A DNA stretch of 64,000 nucleotides from Lingula anatina. Lineage: Eukaryota; Animalia; Brachiopoda. Below the pieces are notes generated by a model, which ran no database searches, was not told the origin of the DNA, and saw only the letters and a list, made by a program, of their open reading frames with translations. Each line of letters starts with the position of its first letter. Positions within the stretch are counted from its first letter, which is position 1. The stretch lies in contig CM120640.1 of assembly GCA_051362555.1 (NCBI GenBank), positions 29,040,503-29,104,502 of the forward strand, read 5' to 3'. Position numbers and translations under genes: made by a program. Of this stretch, positions 12,501-25,943 are shown piece by piece.

Positions 12501-15500
12501 CCCCCTGGGGAGTCTCACTAGATTGATGTCAGCTTAACCGGCTTAAATGTCTGTCCCACCTACTAAAAGCTGTAAGGGGGTAATTAACTGTCGTGCATGC
12601 TCGGCTGATAGCATGAACCCCCAGGGAGTTTGGTCGATCCAGAGGGATCGATCTAAATCTCTGGGAATGCAGTCTAAGACTTTCATGAGATAAAAATAAA
12701 ACAAAATACTAACCTGTGGATCCTTATTAGCAGCAACAAACATGGTGATGTGCGTTATCATCCTCAAGATAGCAGCTTGCACTGCACTGATTCCTCTCAT
12801 TGGTTCTGAAGTTGTATTTCGGGTGCTGGCATTGCCAAGAATGTGTCCAGGTTGTGTTTGGTCATCTCTGGAAAATAAAAAATTGCTGTATTAATTGTGT
12901 GCAAAACGGAACTTACCTGCAATAAAAATTATATTCAATTTTTTTAAATTTTTGCATGTTCTTAGAACCATTTTAAGTATGATTTATCATTAACTTGTCC
13001 TACTTTGGTAAGCCACAATTCTTTTACCTCTTTTGTCATAGAACAACATACATTATAAAAAATTACACATCCATTTCATGAACAATGATTGCTAATATCT
13101 AACAAAGTATGACTTAATGGAAAAGCTGGTAAATTTACAGACATTAATTAACAAGAAAAAAAGTCATTCCAACTGTATCGTTAAAACATAACTAGATACA
13201 TACACAACAGATGTGTTGCATTGTGACAACATCGGCAATGGCAGATAAACACAATGAACAGAATATATACAAACATAAACTAAATCTGTATATAAGAATT
13301 TGAAACTACATGTTGCTAAACAAATGGCTGTGACCTGAACAGAAAACTTATATTTGCACAGCAAAATAAAATTAGTGAATTTTGGTGTTCAAAACTCCAT
13401 TTTTGTTCTTATTTCGAACACAGGACTCAGATAAAATATACCAAAAAAAGGGTATGACCTTCATAATCTGCAAAGAACTCAACAAAAATTCAAATGAAAA
13501 ATAGAAAACTGTCTGACAAACATGATCACAGCGGGGCACTTTTCTTAGGTCAACACATTCATCACACTTTTCTTTTACCCTCAATCTATTTCTTAAAGCT
13601 TAAAACTTTACTGAACTCAGAAAGTTACTTACTCTCTTGCTTTGACATTTCCTTGAGCTGGAGTGTGGCCCATCCCGCCTATTTTTATTCCACAAGTTTT
13701 ACACTGAGCCTCAACAGCAGGTCTTCCACACTAAATGACATGAGCATAATTACATGAACATAAATATATGTTTAATAAATATCATCATATTCAATCAGCT
13801 TAAACCATAATATTGAATTAGTTTTAAGCAAAAGCTACATACAGGTGAGAAAAGAAAAAAGACAAAGAAATCACCTATACTTACATCTCCAATGACATAT
13901 GGGTGTCCATTAGGACAAACTGAAACAAATATGAATAAGATGCATGTTATTAACTTAATGAGATTTGAAAGTCTCAAGAAACAAACTTTACATTGCAGAC
14001 ACTCTGACAACTTATAAATGCTTTTTTTTTAAATTCCATTAATACATTCACTACCCAAATTAATTTTTAATCACAAAAAAAGCTAACCCCACAGTGTATC
14101 TGCCTGTCCCCCTGTCCTCCCACTATGGACTGCTTCTCTTATTTCACTCAGTTCATCTTGTGGCATTGTAGGGAAATAAGAAGTCTAGGTTGAGAAGAAA
14201 TAAACAGCAATGAGAACCTTGATATAATAGGTGAAAGAAGCATACATGTACCCATGCTAAAACCTGCAAGTGGCATAACCCCCAGAATACGATACTTAAA
14301 CAATCTGTGCTACACATCTGCACACTTAATTGAATTTTACACATTTTACACAATTGTGTTGTGTCAATAACATGATTAATAACTGCTGTCTGCACTTTGA
14401 AAATCCAAAGGGCTTAGTCAATTTATACTTGATTAAATAGGACAAAACAGCATTGTGACATAAATAAAAACCTAAACTAAATAAAAAATATAAAGCATTA
14501 TGCTGTATAGGCTTGGTTTGTTTACTATTTAAGTGTAGATACCTTTAATCATCAAAGATATCAATATTCCTGTAAGTATTTATTCATTTCTTTTTCAGCA
14601 TACTGCTAATTAAGATGTTTTTGAGAATAAACAAAACATTGAAATTTTCAAAGTACTCTTGGTACATGGTAACTGCAATCAGTACCATAACGGAATACAA
14701 AAATTACACATAATGAATTTTGAATCAAAGAAAACTGCAATTAATGTGCAGCACAAATATACTAACATTCATATCACGTGGCTTTTGGAACATTTTCAGG
14801 AATGGTTCAAGTATTCCTTTTTGCCTATCTGTGGTACATTTCACTGAGTATATCACCATGGCATGGATGACCAGTGCTGACATCTGCTGGTGAAGCCTGT
14901 CTTGACCACGGGTGATTGTCAGCTCTGGACAGCCTTGACCAATTTGGTTGGAAAGGATCTTCTGACAGAAAGTCTGAAATATAGTGCATAAATTTTAATA
15001 TAGATAAGGATCAAAACTCATTTTCAGGAACCTTCCAGCTAAAGTACAAATATCACCTTTCATTGAATTTCTATAAGCACAAAAGTTGTCTCCATTTAAA
15101 CAATATTCCTTCAAAGGGCATCAAATGACATACTGCTGACAAAAATACTTACCTTCATTTGGAATATAGACAGCTGATGGTAGTACTGCACCAGATTTTG
15201 TAGCACCTTGAAAGAAGAATTACACAAAGAATTCAGACAACAACAGCAGTTGCATATATGTTTATCATTTATATTGTAATCCTCAAATCTGCTTTAAGTT
15301 CTTTAGAACAATCACTTCCTGGTTTGGTCAATCTCACTACCTGACTTTAAGATGGAAATGCATTATTGTTATAAAATATTCAAAATTAAACAAAATGCCA
15401 AGATTAAAAAGCATCAGTACTACTGTATAAAGCTGAGCTACTGTACAGAATGTAATCAGAAGTAGCACCTTTCACACCTGAACTGAATCCATGGAGAATT

Positions 15501-17948
15501 TTGAACCATGCAAGTCAATTTAACCCTTTTAAAGCCTGAGAATATTTCAATATCCCAGTAAAAATCACTCACCTCTTGACTTGGCAGCCTGTTTGGATCT
15601 CCATGTATGTAACTTGTGGTCACCTCTCTGTACAAGGCAAGTAACATGCTTGTCTCTTTCAAAGGTACCCCATCATTGCTTCCCTAGACAGAGGTACATA
15701 TATATTTGCATCAGGAACAAAATTCATTTTGCAGATTATGCGGATTTATTTTGTGTATCAAACATCCTGCACATATGAAGTTAAATAAAGTTATCTAAAT
15801 CTATTAAGTGTGTTTCACCATTCCTCCAAACATGCTTTACATCAATTTTTCTTCTCAAATCGCATATTAAAGTTAAGAAAACATCAGTATACAGAAACAT
15901 TAATAAACTAGGAAGCAAAGCTGGCAAATATACAGACACCATACAGGAAACAAGGCAGCAAAGCTGCCAAATGTTCAGACATTACATAGAAAAAAGTACA
16001 CAAAATGTTTTGACCAAATTTGATGCACTGTTACATAATGCTTTAAAATAGCATAATCACTCTTACCCTCTTACATTATGTACTACAGGCAAAATGGACA
16101 TTGAAAAACTAGCAGGAGATTCAATTCCATTTGATATAAAAGCCACTGAAAATGCTTATGTGTGAAAAATGAAAATCTCACACATAAAAATGATTAATTA
16201 CTGTAAATGCAAACTGATAATGCTGATTTTTGAAAGCAACCTGCCTCTTTACCAAACAAAGCCACTCGGTAAATTTTAAGTAAAACAAAAATACGGTTTG
16301 AAATTTATGGGATTAATATGTGTGGGACAGCAACAGTGACGACAAAGACAAACCAATCAGAATATATACATACACTTACAGTGTCTGTATAAAAATAGAA
16401 AAAATTTATGAACAGAGATTTTACCTCTTTACAGAAACTTACATCCAGAACTTCCTGTATAAGATCCACACTTTCCCCAAGGACCACTTTTGTCACAGTC
16501 TCTCTCAGATGCTCATACAGCTGACCACATATCAGATACATGTCTTTGTCATCATGGACCTACAAATCATTGATTACGGTTGCCAACTTTATTCATTTAT
16601 TATTTTTTTATTTGTTTTAAACTTACAGTTTCAACTCACTGTTAGAACATGGTAGGAACAAAAATTAATACATTTCATTCTAGAAACAAAACATTCAATA
16701 GCCAACTCTACTGAAACATGTCCAACATATTTTTTTAATGAATCATACATACAATGTATATGCAATCACCTGTGTTAATGGATGTTGACACTTTCAACAC
16801 AAATATAAAAACTAACCTTTTTAAACAATATTTTGACTAGTTTAAAAATGCCAAGTTTTACAGTTAATACACTAACTTTTACTTCAAAATTTCCAAAACA
16901 CTGATATTTTAAACACGTTATGTAGTTTCATTTTACCAACACTAAGTACTGATATTTCCTTGTGCACATTTTAATTGGTATTTATGTTTTTGATATTTAC
17001 ACTTTTAAGCTGGACAGAGCAATTTGGTGAGACAGTTTTGTAGGGTGGTCATTTAAAAACTATAATATTACCATTTAATCATTGTAATATTATAGTTTCT
17101 CTTGAATCAACTTTTTACCTTTCACTCTACTTAAGCAGAAGGGAAATACCATCATAAAAACCTATTATTTGTCACAATTAATATTTCAATATTGAAACCC
17201 TCTTATTGAAAATATAACCTTCTGCCTTGCTTCTGGGGGCAGTATCCATCTTGCCAGGTAGGGGACTTCAGTTATGGTCTGTAGGGCCTCAGTGCCGTGT
17301 ACTCTGCAAATCTGTTTTACCAAAAATATTCTGAAAGAAATTGCAATTAAGTTCAAGTTAATATTTTAACTACACAGAATGTAGTTTAATTGTGGAATTG
17401 AGACTGAAAGACTTATACTGCAAAGTGAAAGACTTTACTCAAACTCTGAAATCTGCATGAACCACATTCTGTTAGATTAAGTGCCTGACAATGAATTAAT
17501 GTCTGTCTTACTGAAAGCCAATATGTCCAAACTGCCTCCGATCTGTAAACACTTACTTTGCCCATCTGACTTGATCACACAGGTTCCCTGCTGCATCAAA
17601 CAGTTCCCTCAATTCTCTGGATACAGGTATTTTCCTTCCACTCTCAACAAATGCTGAGAACATTATATCTGCCGTTACAGCAAGACCAAATCTACTTAAA
17701 GCAATGGCCTCAATACAGTCAATTTCTTTAATGCTCCCTCCTATCATGAGGCGGGCTCTCTTCAAATAAGCTGTAACCATGCTTGCTCTGGCTGTCAGAC
17801 TGCTTCCATGCTGGGAAATCTTGTTATGGAAGGAATCCTAAATAGTTCATGACAACAAATGTTAAAGTATTTTTCATACACTATTTACATTGCTCAAGAA
17901 GTGGCTTATAACGAAAAATTTGGTCAAGGAAAAGAAATGGGATAAATC

Positions 17949-17994
<46 letters not shown>

Positions 17995-20900
17995 TATCTT
18001 GCCTTCAAAACAGAGAAACCTTCGTTGAATAGTTTGATTGCAGAAACCATCTTAATTACCTCAAATCATGCATATGAGAATATGCCACATATAATAGCTA
18101 CAACTCTTCCAGAAATCAGGCAATATATCTTTAAAATAAAAATTCTATATCATACTCAAGACAAGTTTTAAATTAGATACTTTCCTGTTTGTATACATTT
18201 CTATAAGGCTATGACCAGTTTAAGTGTAAAGAAAGTTTTTCCTGGTTATAAGATAGAGGATATATTCACCTCCATACACTGAATACAAAGCATACACAGC
18301 TCTAAAGTTTGGGATCCATCTTGAGTGAATTTCCTTGCTTGGTCAAAATATTCCTGAAGATACTGTTTGACTTGCTCCATACTAAAAATAAAAAACAATC
18401 TGTGCATTAAGACTTCTATCAACATAAGTATTTCTTCCAATTTTATTAATAATGTACCAAAAATTTTAACTTTGTAAATGAAAGGATTTTTCTGGTTATT
18501 TGCTCTAACAAATACAAATGCTTACATCAAGCCTGCTTGCACAAGGAGTAAATGCGCGAAATATTAAGAGCTGTAATAGCATTAAAATGAACTAAGGACA
18601 ATACCTGAAAACAAAAAAAAAATATATTAAAAAAATCATCCTTACTCTGAGCGCAGAAGCAGCTGGAGCAAGAAACTCCTGATCACAGGAGAAGGGTCAA
18701 TGCAGACATCAAACAAATTGAAATCTTTAGTGCCAGATTTGCCAGATTTAAGCTGGGACTCCTTGGTGACACAACTGAGAAGCATCCTAACCACATCAGG
18801 TTCTGGAGGAGTGTCTTCATTAAAACACAGCTGGGACACCAGGGCCATGAAGAAAGTATTGCAACTCCGTTTGTACTCATTGTGAGCTTTTATCTTGTCC
18901 CTAAAAAAGGTAATTTGACATTATCATGGCTGTAAATTTTATAAAAGCAGACATTTTCATATTCACATTAATAAGCTTCCATTGGTGTATATCAATTATT
19001 GAAACCTGAATACTTGTCTTTTCAAATCACAAAAATACATGAATAACTTTTTAATTTATAAGGATGTTTCAACTGCAATCTTCATGATGATTAGTTAAGT
19101 AAACAAAACTTTGCTGAAATGAGCATTACTGGAATACACAATGTACCCGAAGTCTGACATGGTCTTCAGTTCCTTAACTTCACCAAACATTTTTCTGCAC
19201 CCTCTTTCTGGGCATTCATTGATATCAGCATATCTACGGCCTTGCAGACAGGCATGACAAAAGATGTGACCACATGGCAACTTCACAGGGTTCTGCATTG
19301 GCTGCTTGCAATACTTGCACTTTTCAAGTTCTCTGTGTTAAAATTATGCTTCATTATCCCATATGCATTCACACACAATTCTTCATGAAACTTTTGCACT
19401 GATCTTTTATGTCAAAGATGAACCATAAATAGAAACATTAAAAAATTGTAACCAAAAACACAGGATCAAATGTCACACAATACACAGTAAGATATCACTT
19501 CAAATGTCACACAATACACAGTAAGATATCACTTCAAATGGCACACAATAAAGAATAAGATATCACTTTCAGGAAACGAATGGAATCAAGTACAGGTGTA
19601 TATAATAAACATTTTGACTTAAATTGCTTAAGGGGAAAATTACTACCTGTACAAAACATTTTCCAACAACAATGTACCTTAGTGCACACACACATGAGAA
19701 GAGAAATAGGGCTTCAATAAACTTACCCAAAAAAATGTTTACTAGCACTGATGTTACAGCTCTCAAGGAACTTCTTCACTTTTTCCATTGAAGGTACTTC
19801 TTTAAAGTCAGTCTTCTCCTCTCTAGACAGCATCTTAAATTAGAATCCATCATACCAGGTCACTTCATCAATGTTAAAATAGAACTCAAATCTTGATGCC
19901 TGGTTGCAAGTTATAAAAAATTTGGAAATATACTATCCAATTGACTGTTCCATGAGGATTACAAGGAATAACTAAGTATCAAAATGATTTATAAGTTACA
20001 TGAATATGTTACATGAATATGTAGCACTGTGCACATTTATAACATCAGCAAATACAATTCTTCAAAAAACCCATACTAGCTGTTCTGTAAGTACTGTAAT
20101 TAATTGTCTTCTGTTAAAGTAAGCATTGCATAAATGTACTTAGCTCCATGTGTTATACTGCACTTACAATCCAAAAAGGCATGCATCTTTTTACAGTAAG
20201 ATCTTCTCGTTTTACCCCACGGGGACAAACATGTTCTACAAAGAGGTGCAAGGCAAGCAACCTGTTCCACATGTATCTAATTTAAATGGAAAGCATATTA
20301 TGAAGTAGATGTAACCAGTTTAAAAAAATTAGGAAATATATATATTTGATGTTAACTTTCAGAGATACTACTGAGTCTCAAGTGATACTCAGGGTGACAC
20401 TTCTAATCATCAGACCAACTTACATCATAAAATGAATGGATTTTGATTAATGATCACAAGATAATTTCCATCTCAGTTTAGCACATTTTGTGTGATTTTG
20501 ATAAATCTTTAATATTACACAGTAGGACTGGCAGATATCCCATTTATGATATAAAAATAAAAATAAACTTTTGGGGCTTAAACTTTGTAATGTACATACC
20601 TTTACACTGTTACCAGGAACTAATAACAGATATGGGCAACAAAATGTTTCATTTTCAGTTTTGACTTGAGAAGTTATATCTATTCTGACACTTTTAATAG
20701 TTAATCGTGAAAAGAATGAGAACAACATACCTTTATTGCACATAAAGCACATATTTCCATTAAAAAATGAAATCCTTACCTGCACTGTAGGAGTTGATAT
20801 CTGCTCTTGTCTCCATAATGATAGGAGTCCTGACACACTGACTGTAGTATTCTCTCTACTGTTGGTTTAAACCTTTGGACCTTGTCAAGCCAGCCATTTC

Positions 20901-23900
20901 TCTGGTTTTGATTTTCAAGAGGTTCAGTGTGAGGTTCTAGGTTTTCCAGGCAGTATGTTAATCCGAGGACATCAATGTTCTGTAAGTAAATCAGCAAACA
21001 AAATGTTGATTCTCTTTATTATTCCGTACATAATCAATTATGTGACCTTCAAAAGACTTATCTTTAATCTTTGTGAGGGATTCTTTCCCTATACAAAATA
21101 TTAAATTTACCATTTCATTCTTCTGGCTTTTACCAATATCATTCAGCAGAGAGGCAGCCAAATCTGGCAAAAGATGGAATAACTGCCTCAGATGTTGTAG
21201 TCTACTTTGCACAGAGTGATAGGCTAGATGAACCAGGGGAATTGTGAAACCAAACTTCATTGCTTGGTGGAACCTTTCTGCCTCTTTTTCAGGAAGCATG
21301 CTGACAGCATGTTCATTGTAGAATCTCTGTCTGGTTTCAAATGCTGCAGACCTGAGGGCATGTACCATTACCTTAAAAAAATCAATATATCCACTACTCT
21401 GATATGTGATTAATTTCAGGTTAAATAAATAACAGCAAATCTACATCAAATCCTACACCTTTTACCTTCTAATCACCAAAATGAAAACAAATATCAGCAT
21501 TAAGGCTAGTAGATAACGTGATCTTTCACAGAGTTAAACTTACTAAGATAAGGATTTATGCTGTTACATATTTTGTATAGAATTCTGCTTTTCCACTCTG
21601 CCCATCGGTCAGATGCACCAACATAGCGAAATCTAATGTTGGTAATTTTTGCTTGAACATTTTTTAATACAAAAAGACAATTATAATTCACTGAGTATAA
21701 AGTCTCCAAAGTTGTAAATAATTGTACCTGGCATTCTCCATCTGAAGACTCCTTGTGAATCATATGTACAAAGTCAGTAAGGTACAAGTCTAGAATATCT
21801 TCAGCCACATTCTGAGCTTTGTTCATGTAATTTGTAACAATCTTCCCTGTGTGCCATTCCTCAAATAATTCTTGCGTTTTCTGAAGTTGGTTAACTTGAT
21901 CTGAAAATACAATTCAAATGAGGTAGAGTATTTATCATTACCTAACATCAGTCTTACAATTCAATGGCACATATAATAAAAACATTACCTTAATTGCAAA
22001 AAGAATAACCACATATAACTTCTTCACAAAGGTCTATTCAAGTTTAAGCCCTAATTAATATTGTTGCAATATCTCACCCAATTTCTTCACTTGATGTAGC
22101 ATCTTTTCCACCTGTTGATAAATCACCCAAGAGAATGGCAGTTGGTTACAGAACATTTGCCCACACCCAATAGTTCTTACTACCATTTCAGTGAGTTCAG
22201 CATTCAATTTTGGGGACCTGAGATCTCTTTGGTATTTCAGTTCAGTGGCATTCTCATTGTCCAACAGTTCTAACCAAAACTGATGCATCCAGTGGGTCAA
22301 GTCTTGGTGAGCGTGGAGAATATTCAAGTTGGAGTTGGTGTCCATCAGGGCTACTATTCCAGCCAGCATAGGTGTGACTTTTTGTTGGATACACTGCCAT
22401 GACGATCGTCTGAAATGATTAAAAAGAATCAAACTTGTGTAAATCAATTTTACCAGTGACTCAAGTATGTAATTATGTATGATTTTAGCAAGGTGATATT
22501 TGCTTCACTAATTATAACACCAATGCCTTTAAAATATGCTGTTTATTTCGCCATGTTTATAAATCAAGAACATCACATGCTTGCGCCCATTTTCACAGAA
22601 AACATTCCATGGTTGTTTGTTTTTTCAAAAATGTGGAAAGAATATTTTATTGACTGTGTAATAACACTTTACGGTTTTAAATCATATTTCGCAAAAAAGT
22701 TACGTTCTTTAAAAATCCTCTGGTAACCACATTACTGTTCTAAATTTCACACAATTCAACCCTTTATTTCATCTGTTTACAGTCAAACTTCATTAGCAAA
22801 TTTGGCTGTGACAGGTGTGAACACCTGGGCAGTATTGTGCTCATTTACACCAACATCTATAATTACATTGAATTACAAAACTGCTGAAAGAAATCAAGTT
22901 TTGCATCCTCACCTAAACGTTCCTGCTTTGTGGATCATATCCATGGAAGCTGCTTCATTTCTCAGCCAGTTAACTGCTCTTCCTGGCCGCATAACTTTCT
23001 CCTCCTTTTCACTGAGCAGTGACGCAACTCTCCTTCCTACAACCTCTGCAAATGTTCTACAGTCTGTAAAAAAAGGTATAAATATGTTACATAAGAACTT
23101 ACTCTTTTTTTTGGCAAACTAATTCTGTCAACAATTTACCAGTAACACCAACATTTGAGGAACTTCAAGATCCTATGTTTTAGTTTTTACAATGACTTAA
23201 ACACCAAAACTCACAAATATTTGCATATCACAAAGATTTACAAATGAGTACAAAATAAGTCCAAAGTTTGCACTGCACTGAATACTCTGTATTTTTTCTA
23301 GTTCAACCATTACTAGTATTTTCATGTTGTAATCTACCTTGTCCTTTCATTTTTCTGATAGATAACAGTTTCAATAAAATTTGTATTCTCTCAGTGGTTC
23401 GCTGCGCATTTTCCGCATGTTCCTCTTTCAACATGGCTGCAGCACCCTGGACACAGTTTCTTATCAGTGCACTGTAGTCAAGACCCCTTAAATCACTTTC
23501 ATGATCTTCAACTTCCATTCTTTCCACATCTTCCTCCATCCTCACATCAGTTGTGGGCAATTCCTCTCCAGGATCTACCTGCACTGAATTCTCTTTTTTG
23601 GGTGTACTTGCCCTTCGGTTTTCCATCTCAACATCTTGGCTAAATTGACTTTCTGATGTGTCCATCAGAGAGTCTTCATCAGTGTTGTTCACTTCAGACT
23701 CCAAGACTATACCTTCAAAATGTGTTTAAAAAAATTAATATAGACTATACCTTCCAAATTGTTAAAAAATTTATACAATAAGTACCTGAATTTCCTACAA
23801 AAATGAAGTACATACATTTCTTTAAAAAAATGCAGACATAAAATTATATACATTTTTCTAAGTTTGGACAATCAGATTCCACAGACTCTATTTAATGCTG

Positions 23901-25871
23901 TCACACATACTGTGACACCCGTATCAAAATCAACCAACCAGAATCACTTGGATGTGGAGCCTGTTCCCTTTTCTGTAACTGTTCTATCCTCTCTGCCAGA
24001 TCCTGCCTTGTTATGATGCCACTCTGAGGTCCATGGGTTCTACCTTGGTGAACTGACTGTGTGAATAATGTCCCAATGGAGTTTCCCATCATGTTGCCCC
24101 AGGAAGGCAATTGATACGTTTCTGGCCTCAAGTCATCAATGTGCACTGAGAGCCACTTGCCACCCTGCAAATACAGCAATATGAACATGGTTTTTCACAA
24201 TTATGCCATTTACATGTCTGTTTCTTAAAATATGACTCAAACGATTTTTACTTATTCATAGTAGGAAATGTTTTAGACACATGACAAGAAATAAAAGTAC
24301 ATAGTAATATAAGGCAGTTGATGAAAAACTACTTCAGTATTTTTTTTACCTGAAAGCCTACAAAACATCCACCAGAAACTCTGGGCAATTGTACAACAAA
24401 CACCACGTGGATTTTACTACCCATGTTTTTCCTGGCTTGTGCAAATTCATCCATCACACAGTAGCGAGCACATGCTATCAGGCTGCCATTTTGGTCCCCA
24501 GAATCACATTGGACAAGCAAAAGTGTATCATTTTTCTTGACATCATTGAAAAAACGCCTGAAAAGGAAAATATGTAAATCATCAGAGGTTTGATAATTTA
24601 ATTAATTTCTACATTTTAACAAACTTCTATTGTGCACATAATCCAAAATGATGTCAGTTATTAATAAAAAAGCTACAGCTTTAAAATTGGGTAAAAAGCA
24701 TGATTTATCTACTTTCATTTCATTCTTTTATAGGTATTTCAACTCTCTTAAAACTTGTAATAAGGTGTGTCACTGAATACAAATCTACTTATCAGTTAAA
24801 ATAAATATACTACAGGCAAACAATGCTTTAAAGCAGAGGAATCTATCTTGAAACAATTCCTTACCTTATCTTTCTTCCAAATTCTTGCTCTGTGCCAAAA
24901 TTTTGAAGTGCCAATGATCTGACATTTGCTGGTGGTAGCTTAAGAACTTTTGCTATTTCTTTTTCATCATCTATAGAAAGCAGTTTGGAATGGGTTGTGA
25001 CCTGTAAACATGATGTTATCACAGTTAGTATTCAAAGCCAGTGCTTTTTAAGTTCAAATGAGATGATTTATGCTGAAAACAGGCCTATTTGCTCAGAATT
25101 ATTAAAGTCACAGTGGATCTCAGTTAGTGGTCATTAGTGTCTGTCTCTCTCTCTGTATTCAACAGCATATGTATTTTTGAAAGAAAAAATGAAAAAACTT
25201 ATGATAAATAAATTTTAATTTAATCATCAAAAAATTTGACAAAATGGCTTTCATTATCATGGATTAATATCTATCACATCTATGCCAAAATATGTTCCTC
25301 ACTAACTAATACAACCTATAAGCTACCTGCACAAATACACTGTCATGTGGTTTCTTCTCCATAATTTCATGGTGCAAATATTCAAGCAGACTTTCATGTT
25401 TCTGCTGTTTAAAATACTGGTCCCATATTCCTTCCTGCAGGGCCCTAAGTTTGGTATCCTTCAACCTCACCACAGCCTCAGGGGTGGCACACTGGAGCAG
25501 CTGATACTGGGCAGCACTGAGCACCTGTTGAGATAAAATTCAGGAAACCTTCCAAGACAAATGGCATCAAATTTGCAGATACGACTTTTAACTAGAAAAG
25601 CATTCACAGAGCGCAGACTTTCTTCACGACAATGACTGACTAATAATTTATCTTTAATTAATAATTGGATCAACACCAAAATCTAATCATACCTTTCACA
25701 TATGTGACTTATTGACTTATCTTGAATTTTTCATGTTAATAACCTTTTGCATGCAGACAAACAAACAAACAAACAGGACCAAAAAGCATAACCTCCTTGT
25801 CAGAGGTAATAACACTAGAGTACATATTAAAATGCCTATATCTGTCATCAATCAAATGAAAGCAACTGGTT

Positions 25872-25943
<72 letters not shown>

